A stretch of 64,000 nt of DNA from Nemertoderma westbladi (taxonomy: Eukaryota > Animalia > Xenacoelomorpha). Where the stretch lies: positions 14,567 through 78,566 of the forward strand of contig JAUCBJ010005988.1 in assembly GCA_032718475.1 (NCBI GenBank). The letters run 5' to 3'. Shown one piece after another: positions 26,145 through 38,939 of this stretch; the first letter of the stretch is position 1, and every line of letters starts with the position of its first letter. The translations under genes were made by a program, and so were the position numbers. Under the pieces are notes generated by a model, which saw nothing but the letters and a program-made list of their open reading frames with translations, was not told where the DNA came from and did no database searches.

Positions 26145-26798
26145 CTGGTTCCCAAACTAGGCAATAGCACGCATGCCAAGGAATGAGAGAAGTATAAAGT
26201 GACTAGGGCATTTTGATAACCTAATTACGTATAGATCAATTAAAAACACATTTCTTAAAGCAAATCACTTGAACTAATTTTTTTTATTTAATTACACGCC
26301 CAGCTTGCCAAAGACGTAAGATTGTGTGAACATTCTAGAATGTGATAAGTTGATGCTTGTCTGTTGCAAAGCTTACAAATGCAGCTTTCCTGAGCTACTT
26401 GAACTAATTAAAAACTATAATGGAATGGGTTAAGGAGATTAGAGCTGTATCATTTTTAAGTATAATTATTTATATCTTATACTATAAAATAATTAATTTC
26501 CATTAAAAGTCATGTTGAAAATGCTGTTTTTACCCTAACCAACTTAATTAATTTTAATTTAATTTATTAACTGCTATTATCTTAGCTTCTCGAAGGCCAC
26601 ACGCAAATTCAACTTGGAAAATTTCTAAACGTTTGCCAGACTACATGTGTACCAAGTTTGGGATTTGTTGGGAAACTGGGATCGAGATTTGGCTGAGTTA
26701 TTATCGTTTAAAATTAAACACAGAACAACAGACACACCGATTGAGTTAGTGGTACCCGTATGTTAAGCTCGCTTACTTTCGTGGCTCGCCCCACAATG
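26145..26798 (+). mobile_element. Interspersed repeat copy A, probably a non-autonomous Helentron/DINE-1-like (HINE) element
   Basis: Diverged reverse complement of 33065..33582; ends in GCTCGCTTACTTTCGTGGCTCGCCCCACAAT and contains TGTACCAAGTTTGG. The family assignment is inference. Confidence 0.7.
26280..26396 (-). mobile_element. Short poly(A)-tailed retroposed insertion with 13-bp TSD
   Basis: ACTTGAACTAATT at 26267-26279 and 26397-26409; T-tract at the left end; copy B (~33430-33460) shows the empty site. Confidence 0.75.
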
Positions 26799-27458
26799 AA
26801 CCCAGCGTACTGTAGCATTCCAGTGTATGGGCCAAACAGATATTTGTGTCCTCAGCAGTGAGTAGACCAACCAAATACGCCATTCAAAGGAGCGATATTT
26901 AACAAATTTTCAGAAATTCCCTCGCTTCGCTCGAATTTGTTGTAATTTCTTTTCGAAAGCAGTTTGGTCAGGCAGGGGACATAAACATTATCATGTAGCC
27001 AACTGCAACATAGTATCATAATGTCATTCATCAAACTATAAGCATACGCTAATTACCTTGGATCCACTTAATGTATTGTAGATAATTATCAAATTGTAAC
27101 AAAGACGGATTTGGCAAAGAAATAGTAGCCCAGAAGAAATACAAGATAAATGAACTGTGTCACATCGTTGTATATATATATAGTAGTAGATGTATACATT
27201 TAATATACAGTTAGAAAAATTAATTAGAAAGGTTAACATGATATCGACCCCCTACTCCTACCCACCACTGAACAAAGGTGATTGACTGTCCTGGATCTTA
27301 GTTAAGTACCACCCACCACTGACCAAAGGTGACTTGACTGTCCTGGATCTTAGTTAAGTAGGTTGTGTGCATTCTTCGCCCGCGTCCAACCTTCGCCCGA
27401 TTTGGTGAAAGGAGCAGGTTACAGAGACGGCAGGTTACAAAGACGGCTTTTTATAAGC

Positions 27459-30400
27459 GGACCCAGCAACATAGCATCCCCAGATCTCACGGTCAGCCAC
27501 ACACAGTGCGGCGGACCAAGCAACTTAGCGACCCCAGATCTCACGTCAGCCACACATAGTGTCGGCGGTCCCAGCAACATAGCGACCCCAGATGTCACGT
27601 CAGCCACACACAGTGTCGGTGGTCCCAGCAACATACCGACCCCCAGATCTCACGGTCAGCCACACACAGTGCCTGTGCACCCAGCAACATAGCGCCCACA
27701 GATCTCACGTCAGCCACACACAGTGCCGGCAGACCCAGCAACATAGCGCCCACAGATCTCACGTCAGCCACACACAGTGTCGGCGGTCCCAGCAACATAG
27801 CGACCCCAGATCTCACGGTCAGCCACACACAGTGCCGGCGGACCCAGCAACATAGCGCCTACAGATCTCACGTTCAGCCACACACAGTGCCGACGGACCC
27901 AGCAACATAGCGCCCACAGATCTCACGTCAGCCACACACAGTGCCGGCGGACCCAGCTACATAGCGCCCACAGATCTCACGTCAGCCACACACAGTGTCG
28001 GCGGTCCCAGCAACATAGCGACCCCAGATCTCACGGTCAGCCACACACAGTGCCGGCGGACCCAGCAACATAGCGCCTACAGATCTCACGTTCAGCCACA
28101 CACAGTGCCGACGGACCCAGCAACATAGCGACCCCAGATCTCACGGTTAGCCACACACAGTGTCGGCGGTCCCAGCAACATAGCGACCCCAGATCTCACG
28201 GTCAGCCACACACAGTGTCGGCGGTCCCAGCAACATAGCGCCCCCAGATCTCAAGGTCAGCCACACACAGTGCGGCGCACCCAGCAACATAGCGACCCCA
28301 GATCTCACGGTCAGCCACACACAGTGCGGCGCACCCAGCAACATAGCGACCCCAGATCTCACGGTCAGCCACACACAGTGTCGGCGGTCCCAGCAACATA
28401 GCGCCCCCAGATCTCACGGTCAGCCACACACAGTGCCGACGGACCCAGCAACATAGCGACCCCAGATCTCACGGTCAGCCACACACAGTGTCGGCGGTCC
28501 CAGCAACATAGCGACCCCAGATCTCACGGTCAGCCACACACAGTGTCGGCGGTCCCAGCAACATAGCGCCCCCAGATCTCAAGGTCAGCCACACACAGTG
28601 CAGCGCACCCAGCAACATAGCGACCCCAGATCTCACGGTCAGCCACACACAGTGCGGCGCACCCAGCAACATAGCGACCCCAGATCTCACGGTCAGCCAC
28701 ACACAGTGTCGGCGGTCCCAGCAACATAGCGCCCCCAGATCTCACGGTCAGCCACACACAGTGCGGCGCACCCAGCAACTTAGCGACCCCAGATCTCACG
28801 GTCAGCCACACACAGTGCGGCGCACCCAGCAACATAGCGACCCCAGATCTCACGGTCAGCCCCACACAGTGCCTGCGGACCCAGCAACATAGCGCCCCCA
28901 TATCTCACGGTCAGCCACACACAGTGCGGCGCACCCAGCAACATAGCGACCCCAGATCTCACGGTCAGCCACACACAGTGCGGCGCACCCAGCAACATAG
29001 CGACCCCAGATCTCACGGTCAGCCACACACAGTGTCGGCGGTCCCAGCAACATAGCGACCCCAGATCTCACGTCAGCCACACACAGTGCGGCGCACCCAG
29101 CAACATGGCGACCCCAGATCTCACGGTCAGCCACACACAGTGTCGGCGGTCCCAGCAACATAGCGACCCCAGATCTCACGTCAGCCACACACAGTGCGGC
29201 GCACCCAGCAACATAGCGACCCCAGATCTCACGGTCAGCCACACACAGTGTCGGCGGTCCCAGCAACATAGAGCCCCCAGATCTCACGGTCAGCCACACA
29301 CAGTGCGGCGCACCCAGCAACATAGCAACCCCAGATCTCACGGTCAGCCACACACAGTGTCGGCGGTCCCAGCAACATAGCGCCCCCAGATCTCACGGTC
29401 AGCCACACACAGTGCGGCGCACCCAGCAACATAGCGACCCCAGATCTCACGGTCAGCCATACACAGTGTCGGCGGTCCCAGCAACATAGCGCCCCCAGAT
29501 CTCACGGTCAGCCACACACAGTGCGGCGCACCCAGCAACATAGCGACCCCAGATCTCACGGTCAGCCACACACAGTGTCGGCGGTCCCAGCAACATAGCG
29601 CCCAAGATCTCACGGTCAGCCACACACAGTGTCGGCGGCCCCAGCAACATAGCGACCCCAGATCTCACGGTCAGCCACACACAGTGCGGCGCACCCAGCA
29701 ACATAGCGACCCCAGATCTCACGGTCAGCCACACACAGTGTCGGCGGCCCCAGCAACATAGCGACCCCAGATCTCACGGTCAGCCACACACAGTGCGGCG
29801 CACCCAGCAACATAGCGACCCCAGATCTCACGGTCAGCCACACACAGTGCGGCGCACCCAGCAACATAGCGACCCTAGATCTCACGGTCAGCCACACACA
29901 GTGTCGGCGGTCCCAGCAACATAGCGCCCCCAGATCTCACGGTCAGCCACACACAGTGCGGCGCACCCAGCAATATAGCGACCCCAGATCTCACGGTCAG
30001 CCACACACAGTGTCGGCGGTCCCAGCAACATAGCGCCCAAGATCTCACGGTCAGCCACACACAGTGTCGGCGGTCCCAGCAACATAGCGACCCCAGATCT
30101 CACGGTCAGCCACACACAGTGCGGCGCACCCAGCAACATAGCGACCCCAGATCTCACGGTCAGCCACACACAGTGCGGCGCACCCAGCAACATAGCGACC
30201 CCAGATCTCACGGTCAGCCACACACAGTGTCGGCGGTCCCAGCAACATAGCGACCCCAGATCTCACGTTCAGCCACACACAGTGCGGCGCACCCAGCAAC
30301 ATAGCGACCCCAGATCTCACGGTCAGCCACACACAGTGTCGGCGGTCCCAGCATCATAGCGACCCCAGATCTCACGGTCAGCCACACACAGTGCCGGCGG

Positions 30401-31128
30401 ACCCAGCAACATAGCGACCCCAGATCTCACGGTCAGCCACACACAGTGTCGGCGGTCCCAGCAACATAGCGACCCCAGATCTCACGGTCAGCCACACACA
30501 GTGCCGGCGGACCCAGCAACATAGCGACCCCAGATCTCACGGTCAGCCACACTCAGTGCGGCGCACCCAGCAACATCGCGACCCCAGATCTCACGGTCAG
30601 CCACACACAGTGTCGGCGGTCCCAGCAACATAGCGCCCCCAGATCTCACGGTCAGCCACACACAGTGCGGCGCACCCAGCAACATAGCGACCCCAGATCT
30701 CACTGTCAGCCACACATACAGTGTCGGCGGTCCCAGCAACATACCGACCCCAGATCTCACTGTCAGCCACACACAGTGCCCGTGGATCCAGCAACATACC
30801 GACCCCAGATCTCACGGTCAGCCACACATACAGTGTCGGCGGTCCCAGCAACATAGCGCCCCCAGATCTCACGGTCAGCCACACACAGTGTCGGCGGTCC
30901 CAGCAACATAGCGCCCCCATATCTCACGGTCAGCCACACACAGTGCGGCGCACCCAGCAACATAGCGACCCCAGATCTCACGGTCAGCCACACACAGTGC
31001 GGCGCACCCAGCAACATAGCGACCCCAGATCTCACGTCAGCCACACACATTGTCGGCGGTCCCAGCAACATAGCGTCCCCAGATGTCACGGTCAGCCACA
31101 CACAGTGCCGGCGGACCCAGCAACATAG
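27459..31128. repeat. 54/55-bp minisatellite (CCCAGCAACATAGCGACCCCAGATCTCACGGTCAGCCACACACAGTGTCGGCGGT), ~67 copies
   Basis: Seen directly; two main variants (…TGTCGGCGGT / …TGCGGCGCA) are interspersed. Confidence 0.97.
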
Positions 31129-31130
31129 CA

Positions 31131-31936
31131 ACTCCCACTGTTTGTACCGAAACAAATGGAGTCCTCCGCATCTGCCACTGTTTGTACCGAAGCAGGTTGA
31201 GTCCTCTGGATCTGCCACTGTTTGTACCGAAGCAGGTGGAGTCCCCTGGATCTCCCACTGTTTGTACCAATGCAGGTGGAGTCCTCTGGATCTGCCACTG
31301 TTTGTACCGAAGTAGGTGGAGTCCTCTGGATCTGCCACTGTATGTACCGAAGCAGGTGGAGTCCCCTGGATCTCCCACTGTTTGTACCGAAGCAGGTGGA
31401 GACCTCTGGATCTGCCACTGTTTGTACCGAAGCAGGTGGAGTCCTCTGGATCTGCCACTGTTTGTACCGAAGCAGGTGGAGTCCTCTGGATCTCCCACTG
31501 TTTGTACCGAAGCAGGTGGAGTCCTCTGGATCTGCCACTGTTTGTACCGAAGCAGGTGGAGTCCTCTGGATCTCCCACTGTTTGTACCGAAGCAGGTGGA
31601 GTCCTCTGGATCTCCCACTGTTTGTACCGCAGTAGGTGGAGTCCTCTGGATCTGCCACTGTTTGTACCGAAGCAGGTGGAGTCCTCTGGATCTCCCACTG
31701 TTTGTACCGAAGCAGATGGAGTCCCCTGGATCTCCCACTGTTTGTACCGAAGCAGGTGGAGTCCTCTGGATCTGCCACAGTTTGTGCCGCAGTAGGTGGA
31801 GTCCTCTGGATCTGCCACTGTTTGTACCGAAGCAGGTGGAGTCCCCTGGATCCGCCCCTGTTTGTACCGAAACTGGAGACCTCTGGATCTGCCACTGTTT
31901 GTACCGAAGCAGGTGGAGTCCTCTGGATCTGCCCTG
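31131..31936. repeat. 40-bp minisatellite (CCACTGTTTGTACCGAAGCAGGTGGAGTCCTCTGGATCTS), ~20 copies
   Basis: Seen directly; abuts the 55-bp array with no spacer. Confidence 0.96.
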
Positions 31937-33064
31937 TTTGAATTGTTGTAGGAAAAAGTCCAACCTTTATTATTGAAACATCGGTTATACATCGATTAAA
32001 ATAGCAATTTGTGGCATAAAACTAAATTATATATGGAAAACTGGTATTTCATTAATTAATTACCTAGGATTATGTATTTCAATATTTTTAATAAATAATT
32101 ATACGAATGCGTTATTCTTTATATGGGCAGCTATATATCAACAACACATCTTAATTGGAATGCAATAATGCAACATAGTATCATTATATCTACATAGGAG
32201 GGCCAAAATGTCATTCATCACTAAACAAAAAGTTGTTTTGTTATAAGGAGATGCTAATTACCTAAGTGTACAATGTATATCATTAGCGAAATTGTAACTA
32301 CATTTGTAATAAAATATTTGGCAAGGCGATAATTAATATACAACACTGTTGTGGGGAATAATGGGGAAATAGGCGTTATAGTGGGACCCCGACCAGGTGC
32401 GATAGACTGCAGATTATCGGTAAAAATAATTAACCGTGCTAAGTACCATGAACTGGAGCTCTGACAATTCGCCCTCTAGCGGCAGACAGATAAACTATAA
32501 CAGTAAAATTTCTAATTAAGCAATGCTCGTAGGTTACTCTACCAAATATCAGATCTGAAATAGAATCTGATGGTTGGTTCTATAATTACAGCTACTTTTA
32601 CGTTTCTGTCAATGCGCTCCCTAGCGGCAGACAGGTCATCTCAAAAATCACAAATCACAAAAATACAGCTTGCCAACACATTGTTTTAGAGAGTTTTAAT
32701 ACAAAGATAAAGAAGGTATTAATTCCTTTTACAAATATTATATATCTGATTACAGGGTCTCCAAAGATAGATACTATCTAATTTAACTGTTCTATTTGTA
32801 GAATAATAATTACTTTAGTGAAACTATTAATAATAATAACAAAACTAATTTGTTATTAAAAACTCCACCATTAAGCAGCAAAGTTCAAACACCGAAAACC
32901 TTTTAAAGCTGTAAATGAAAACCCAAATTGAGGTAATGGGAATTTCATTTCGAACTACAGTACTATCCATTGTGGATGGGATATGAAAGGGTGTGAATGG
33001 ATAAGTTTGGAAGCAGCTCAATACTATTCCACCAATAGGATTACTCACATTTCCTTTAGGGCAA

Positions 33065-33582
33065 ATTGTGGGGCGAGCCACGAAAGTAAGCGAGCTTAGC
33101 ATACAGGTTCCACTAACTCAACCGGTGGTATGTTGTTATGTTGTGTCCAATTTTAAACTTTAATAACTCAGCCAAATATTAATGAAATTTAACCAAACTT
33201 GGTACGTCATGCAGTCTGGCAAAAGTTTAGAAATTTTCCAAGTTGAATTTCCGTGTGGCCTTCGAGAAGCTAAGATAATAGCAATTAATTAGTTAATTAA
33301 GTTGATTACGGTAAAAACAGCATTTTCAACCTGTCTCTTAAAGGATATTAATTATTTTCTCGTATAAGATTTAAATAATTATACTTAACAATTATACAGC
33401 TGTATTCCCCATGCCACATTCCATTATAGTTTTTAATTAGTTCAAGAGATTTGCTTTAAGAAATGTGTTTTTAATTGATCTAAACGTAATTAACTTATTA
33501 AAATGACCTGTCACCAGCTATACTTCCATAGCTCCCTCATTCCTTGACATGCTTGCTAGCCTAGCTGGGAAGGGGAACCAGT
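33065..33582 (-). mobile_element. Interspersed repeat copy B (inverted relative to 26145..26798), HINE-like
   Basis: ATTGTGGGGCGAGCCACGAAAGTAAGCGAGC… and TTTCCAAGTTGAATTTCCGTGTGGCCTTCGAGAAGCTAAGATAATAGCA are reverse complements of copy A. Confidence 0.7.
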
Positions 33583-36192
33583 CCAACCGCCTCATCACTA
33601 CTCAAAGGCAGCATTGTAATGAGTCAGACTAATACGCCAGCTTGGTTATTGTGTTTAGCTTACAAAGTGATTGGCCGAGTACTTAATCATGGTTCTTTAG
33701 AATAATTAGCTAAATAATTTCGTTGAGGTGTTTACATGATAAATCAATATATCAGAATCAATACTGAGCATACTGATCCACTCACTACCTGATCTTGTTA
33801 AAGATAAACAGCAGGCTCAGGCAGCCCAGGCATGTGAATCGATCAACTTATTGACTGTATGTAAAAACCCAACCAACCACCACGTTTACGGCTGAATCTC
33901 CAGCCTCAATGGTTGCAAGGCCCACTCTGAAAAACTCCTAAACACCGACCGGGTATTGCCTGACAAATTTATGGTACATCGTTTGTCTGACTCACAGATA
34001 TCCCCATTGGTGACATCTCCTTTGCTAAAGGGAAGACTGCGACTAGGAGTATCAAGACCAATCGCGCCAGTAGATAGCATCCAGACCAATCGCGCCAGTA
34101 GTGATTGAATCCACTACAAAGTTAAGGATTTCACAGACACCACAAGCCCACATTCTACTAACTCCATCTCAATATCATTTCCAAACAATGAAAACATGTT
34201 ATCGGGGTTCCTTTCAACATTATAGGCCTACCAGTGCTCTGGACGCTATATAGTAAAGGTTAGCTATTTAAAATATAATAATTTATTTAGAATTCATCAG
34301 GGAACTTTTTCTTGCTCTTAATATTGTAAAAATTACTCTATCAGTACTTTAAACATTAATGGCTATTGGTTGAGCCTGAGATTGTAAAAAGTACGAAAGG
34401 TCGAACGCAACTAAGCTAATGGCTATCGTCATACTTTGAGATTATGGGCAAGTGATGTACTGGGCAAATGACTCGTCTGATTTTTATTGGGCAACAAACT
34501 CACCTATTGGAACAGTTGTTAACCTAGGTAACAGGAATGGGGGCTGGAGGAGTAAAATAGCGGAACAAACACGGTACTAAATAACTCATCACAAACTGGG
34601 TAATACAATCTGCAATAATATTAATGTTAGATTTCTTCACAATAAGGTCATTTTGGGTTAAATAATGTAGAATAAATTATAAACTTATAATTCATAAATT
34701 ATTTAAAAGGCTTTAGTATTTATAACATTAATAATTTACTTTGCTTAAATAATGTTAATTTTAGTTGACAGCAACAATTATGCAAGGGGGGTAAAGGCCA
34801 AGAATGGCTTTAATCGGATTAGATTTCTGAAAAATGTACATCATTCACACGTGGTTAAGTGTTTTGGCAATGTAGTAAATGCTTTTAATTACCACTTCAC
34901 TTGAACTAAGATGTTCTACATTTTGATTAACATGGTCTCTATAGCAATGATGGTGCCTCAGTAACTACAATACCTGCACTGATAAGTAACATAAAGGTTT
35001 TAACAAGTTTGTGTTTATCGCAAGGGTCAAATAAAATGGTCAATAAAATGACACTTGTAGTTACAATAAGTAGTCCTAGTAATATTTTATAAACCATAGG
35101 ATTTACTAGTTCACATGTCACTAATAATATTGACAGCTTGGGTGCGAGTAGCTGGTAAATATAAAATATTTAACTAATCTTGGCAATAAAAAAGCTAAGT
35201 TGTAAAATATACCAACAACGAAACAGTGGAACTAACTGGGAGTGAAAATATATGTGGGATGGTGGGGGTGTGGGGTCGGGGGGGGGGGGGGGGGGGGGGG
35301 GGGGGGTGATATAATATTGAGATCGATATTTGGAATCGCTTGAGGGTGACTGTGAGGGGCTTTCATGCGATTTATGAATCGTGGAGTTTTAGGGAATGTC
35401 TTTAACTCGACAACTCGTGTGAGAGAGAGAGATAACAATTACATGACAGTCATCTATCGGATTCGGATTGTCCCAATCGTTCGGTATCCATTAGTTGTAA
35501 ATTGCGAAATAATGCCTGCTGGAATGTAAATATGCAACGACAAACAGTGCTATATCGAATGACAAACTGAATTACGTAGGACTAATAGTTAATTTTTCAA
35601 CATTCCCTTCCCCTGAGGAATAAGCACAAACTGTATTAGGGAGGAAGGCGTGAGTAATTCTGTTCCTATATTTGCGTGAATATCATCCAGGTTGGGAGTG
35701 GGGGGAACTTTCAACCCAAACGAATTTCATCCATCTTCAGGGGAAAATCTACGCAAATAACAGCATATTATTTCCAAAAATAGCACTGTAACCTGTTCTA
35801 TTCAATTTAGTTTATTGTTTTGGTTAGAAAAAACGTACAACTCTAACCTGTTCCTTTCCCTAAATAGATAATTTAACATTGAGACGAGATACTAATTAGT
35901 CGAGATGGAATTTGCATCCCCCCCCCCCCCCCCCGTCTCGAATAATCACAAACCCAGACAGTTACGATACATGTATAACAGTATAAAATTCATTAAAAGC
36001 AGGTGCATTCCATCTCACTCACCCTGGTAGAAACAGTTATAACAGAATCCAATGCAATTAGAGTTTATAGCGTGGAAAGAAGTCACCGACACACCAAAAT
36101 AATTGGATTGTAAAATTAAGTTACAAAGCTGTTCTATTTAGAAATGTATCATTTTTGACCTGCACATTGTTATTCTATAATGAATTATTTAT

Positions 36193-36340
36193 AGTAGCAG
36201 CTTGGTCTTGACAGTCTTAGCTTACAATCAGGAAACCATGGTTCGATCCTTAGAGGGGCCAGCACTATTTGGGCGTAAGTGCTTTAAGTGCATTCTACAG
36301 ACCGCTAATCAACTCCTCCCTCACTGACCACTTACCGGAC
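36193..36340 (+). mobile_element. Possible tRNA-derived SINE head
   Basis: A-box-like TAGCAGCTTGG followed ~45 bp later by B-box GGTTCGATCC (36241); no intact cloverleaf. Confidence 0.4.
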
Positions 36341-36989
36341 CAAACTCCTCCCCTCTACTGGATGGCCACTAACCGAACTCCTCCCCTCTACTGGATGGCC
36401 ACTAACCGAACTCCTCCCCTATACTGGCTACTAACCGAAGTCCTCCCCTCTACTGGACACTAACCGAACTCCTCCCCTATACTGGCCACTAACCGAACTC
36501 CTCCCCTATACTGGCCACTAACCGAACTCCTCCCCTATACTGGCTACTAACCGAACTCCTCCCCTCTACTGGCCACTAACCGAACTCCTCCCCTATACTG
36601 GCCACTAACCGAACTCATCCCCTCTACTGGCTACTAACCGAACTCCTCCCCTATACTGGCCACTAACCGAACTCCTCCCCTATACTGGCCACTAACCGAA
36701 CTCCTCCCCTATACTGGCCACTAACCGAACTCCTCCCCTATACTGGCCACTAACCGAACTCATCCCCTCTACTGGCTACTAACCGAACTCCTCCCCTATA
36801 CTGGCCACTAACCGAACTCCTCCCCTATACTGGCCACTAACCGAACTCCTTCCCTATACTGGCCACTAACCGAACTCCTCCCCTCTACTGGCTACTAACC
36901 AAACTCCTCCCTACTACTGGCCACTAACCGAACTCCTCCCCTATACTGGCCACTAACCGAACTCCTCCCCTCTACTGGCCACTAACCAG
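36340..36989. repeat. 29-bp minisatellite (CACTAACCGAACTCCTCCCCTATACTGGC), ~22 copies
   Basis: Seen directly. Confidence 0.96.
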
Positions 36990-38497
36990 GTGGCCTTAGG
37001 TCCAGGTGGCGTTAGGTCCAAGGAGCGTTAGGTCCATGTGGCGTTCGGTCGTGGTGGCGTTAGGTCCCAGGTGGCGTTAGGTCCCGGTGGTGTTAGGTAC
37101 AGGTGGCGTTAGGTCCAAGGAGCGTTAGGTCCATGTGGCGTTCGGTCGTGGTGGCGTTAGGTCCAGGTGGCGTTAGGTCTAGGTGGCGTTAGGTCCCAGG
37201 AGCGTCAGTTCCAGGTGGCGTTAGGTCCAGGTGGTGTTAGGTACAGGTGGCGTTAGGTCCAGGTGGCGTTAGGTCCCAGGAGCGTCAGTTCCAGGTGGCG
37301 TTAGGTCCAGGTGGCGTTAGTTCCAGGGAGCGTTTGGTCCAGCTGGTGTTCGGTCCAGGTGGCGTTAGGTCCCAGGAGCGTCAGTTCCAGGTGGCGTTAG
37401 GTCCCGGGAGCGTTTGGTCCAGGTGGTGTTCGGTCCAGGTGGCGTTAGGTCCCAGGAGCGTCAGTTCCAGGTGGCGTTAGGTACAGGTGGCGTTAGGTCC
37501 AGGTGGCGTTAGGTCCCAGGAGCGTCAGTTCCAGGTGGCGTTAGGTCCAGGTGGCGTTAGGTCCAGGTGGCGTTAGGTCCAGGTGGCGTTAGGTCCCAGG
37601 AGCGCCAGTTCCAGGTGGCGTTAGGTCCCGGGAGCGTTTGGTCCAGGTGGTGTTCGGTCCAGGTGGCGTTAGGTCCCAGGAGCGTCAGTTCCAGGTGGCG
37701 TTAGGTCCCGGTGGCGTTAGGTCCAGATGGTGTTCGGTCCAGGTGGCGTTAGGTCCCAGGAGCGTCAGTTCCAGGTGGCGTTAGGTCCAGGTGGCGTTAG
37801 GTCCAGGTGGCGTTAGGTCCCAGGAGCGCCAGTTCCAGGTGGCGTTAGGTCCCGGGAGCGTTTGATCCAGGTGGTGTTCGGTCCAGGTGGCGTTAGGTCC
37901 CAGGAGCGTCAGTTCCAGGTGGCGTTAGTTCCCGGGAGCGTTTGGTCCAGGTGGAGTTCGGTCCAGGTGGCATTAGGTCCCAGGAGCGTCAGTTCCAGGT
38001 GGCGTTAGGTCCCGTTGAGCGTTTGGTTCAGGTGGCGTTCGGTCCAGGTGGCGTTAGATCCCAGGAGCGTCAGTACCAGGTGGCGTTAGGTCCCGGGAGC
38101 GTTTGGTCCAGGTGGCGTTAGGTCCCAGGAGCGTCAGTTCCAGGTGGCGTTAGGTCCCGGGAGCGTTTGGTCCAGGTGGTGTTCGGTCCAGGTGGCGTTA
38201 GGACCCAGGAGCGTCAGTTCCAGGTGGCGTTAGGTCCCGTTGAGCGTTTGGTTCAGGTGGCGTTCGGTCCAGGTGGCGTTAGATCCCAGGAGCGTCAGTA
38301 CCAGGTGGCGTTAGGTCCCGGGAGCGTTTGGTCCAGGTGGCGTTAGGTCCCAGGAGCGTCAGTTCCAGGTGGCGTTAGGTCCCGGGAGCGTTTGGTCCAG
38401 GTGGTGTTCGGTCCAGGTGGCGTTAGGACCCAGGAGCGTCAGTTCCAGGTGGCGTTAGGTCCCGGTGGCGTTAGGTCCAGATGGCGCTTTAGGTCCC
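36987..38497. repeat. 16/17-bp compound minisatellite (CCAGGTGGCGTTAGGT with CCCAGGAGCGTCAGTT variants)
   Basis: Seen directly; higher-order blocks; abuts the 29-bp array. Confidence 0.95.
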
Positions 38498-38939
38498 TTA
38501 TTGTGATTTATTTGATTTTAGGATTTTATAGTAATATATAATACTGTAGATAAATTTAATTTCACAGCCTTGAGTACAGTATTAATTACTGTAGTAACAT
38601 ATACGTAACTATTCGCTATTTTGAAACTTTTCATAACTAAAAAGCCTATTTACCCGAACCAATACCCCTATTGGCTAATTAGTCCCAACCGACACCCCAT
38701 TAGGCTATGGGGGGGGGGGGGGGGGGTGTTAGCCAATGAGGTGAGAAATACTTCCATAGGATAGGTTGAAAAGACACGTAATTGAAAATGGAAATATGCA
38801 TCCGCATATACGGCAGTGAAAAAATATACGTTAATTCAATGGTTTTATTTTCAACAATATTTTGTTAATTATTAGCATCGGTTTTTTAAAACCAACTTCA
38901 AACCGAGTCACAACCGCTACCCACCAAGGTCAAAATTAA

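Noticed and set aside
27459-31992. CRISPR-like or coding interpretation of the 55- and 40-bp arrays
   Set aside because: No unique spacers, no cas genes, eukaryotic context; the ORFs are repeat read-through
34939-35150. Hydrophobic 60-aa minus-strand ORF as a transmembrane exon
   Set aside because: No recognisable family or partner exon; AT-rich DNA often translates as hydrophobic
35271-35306. Long G/C homopolymers (also ~17857, 35918, 38708, 59462, 63800)
   Set aside because: Simple repeats of uncertain length with no supportable function
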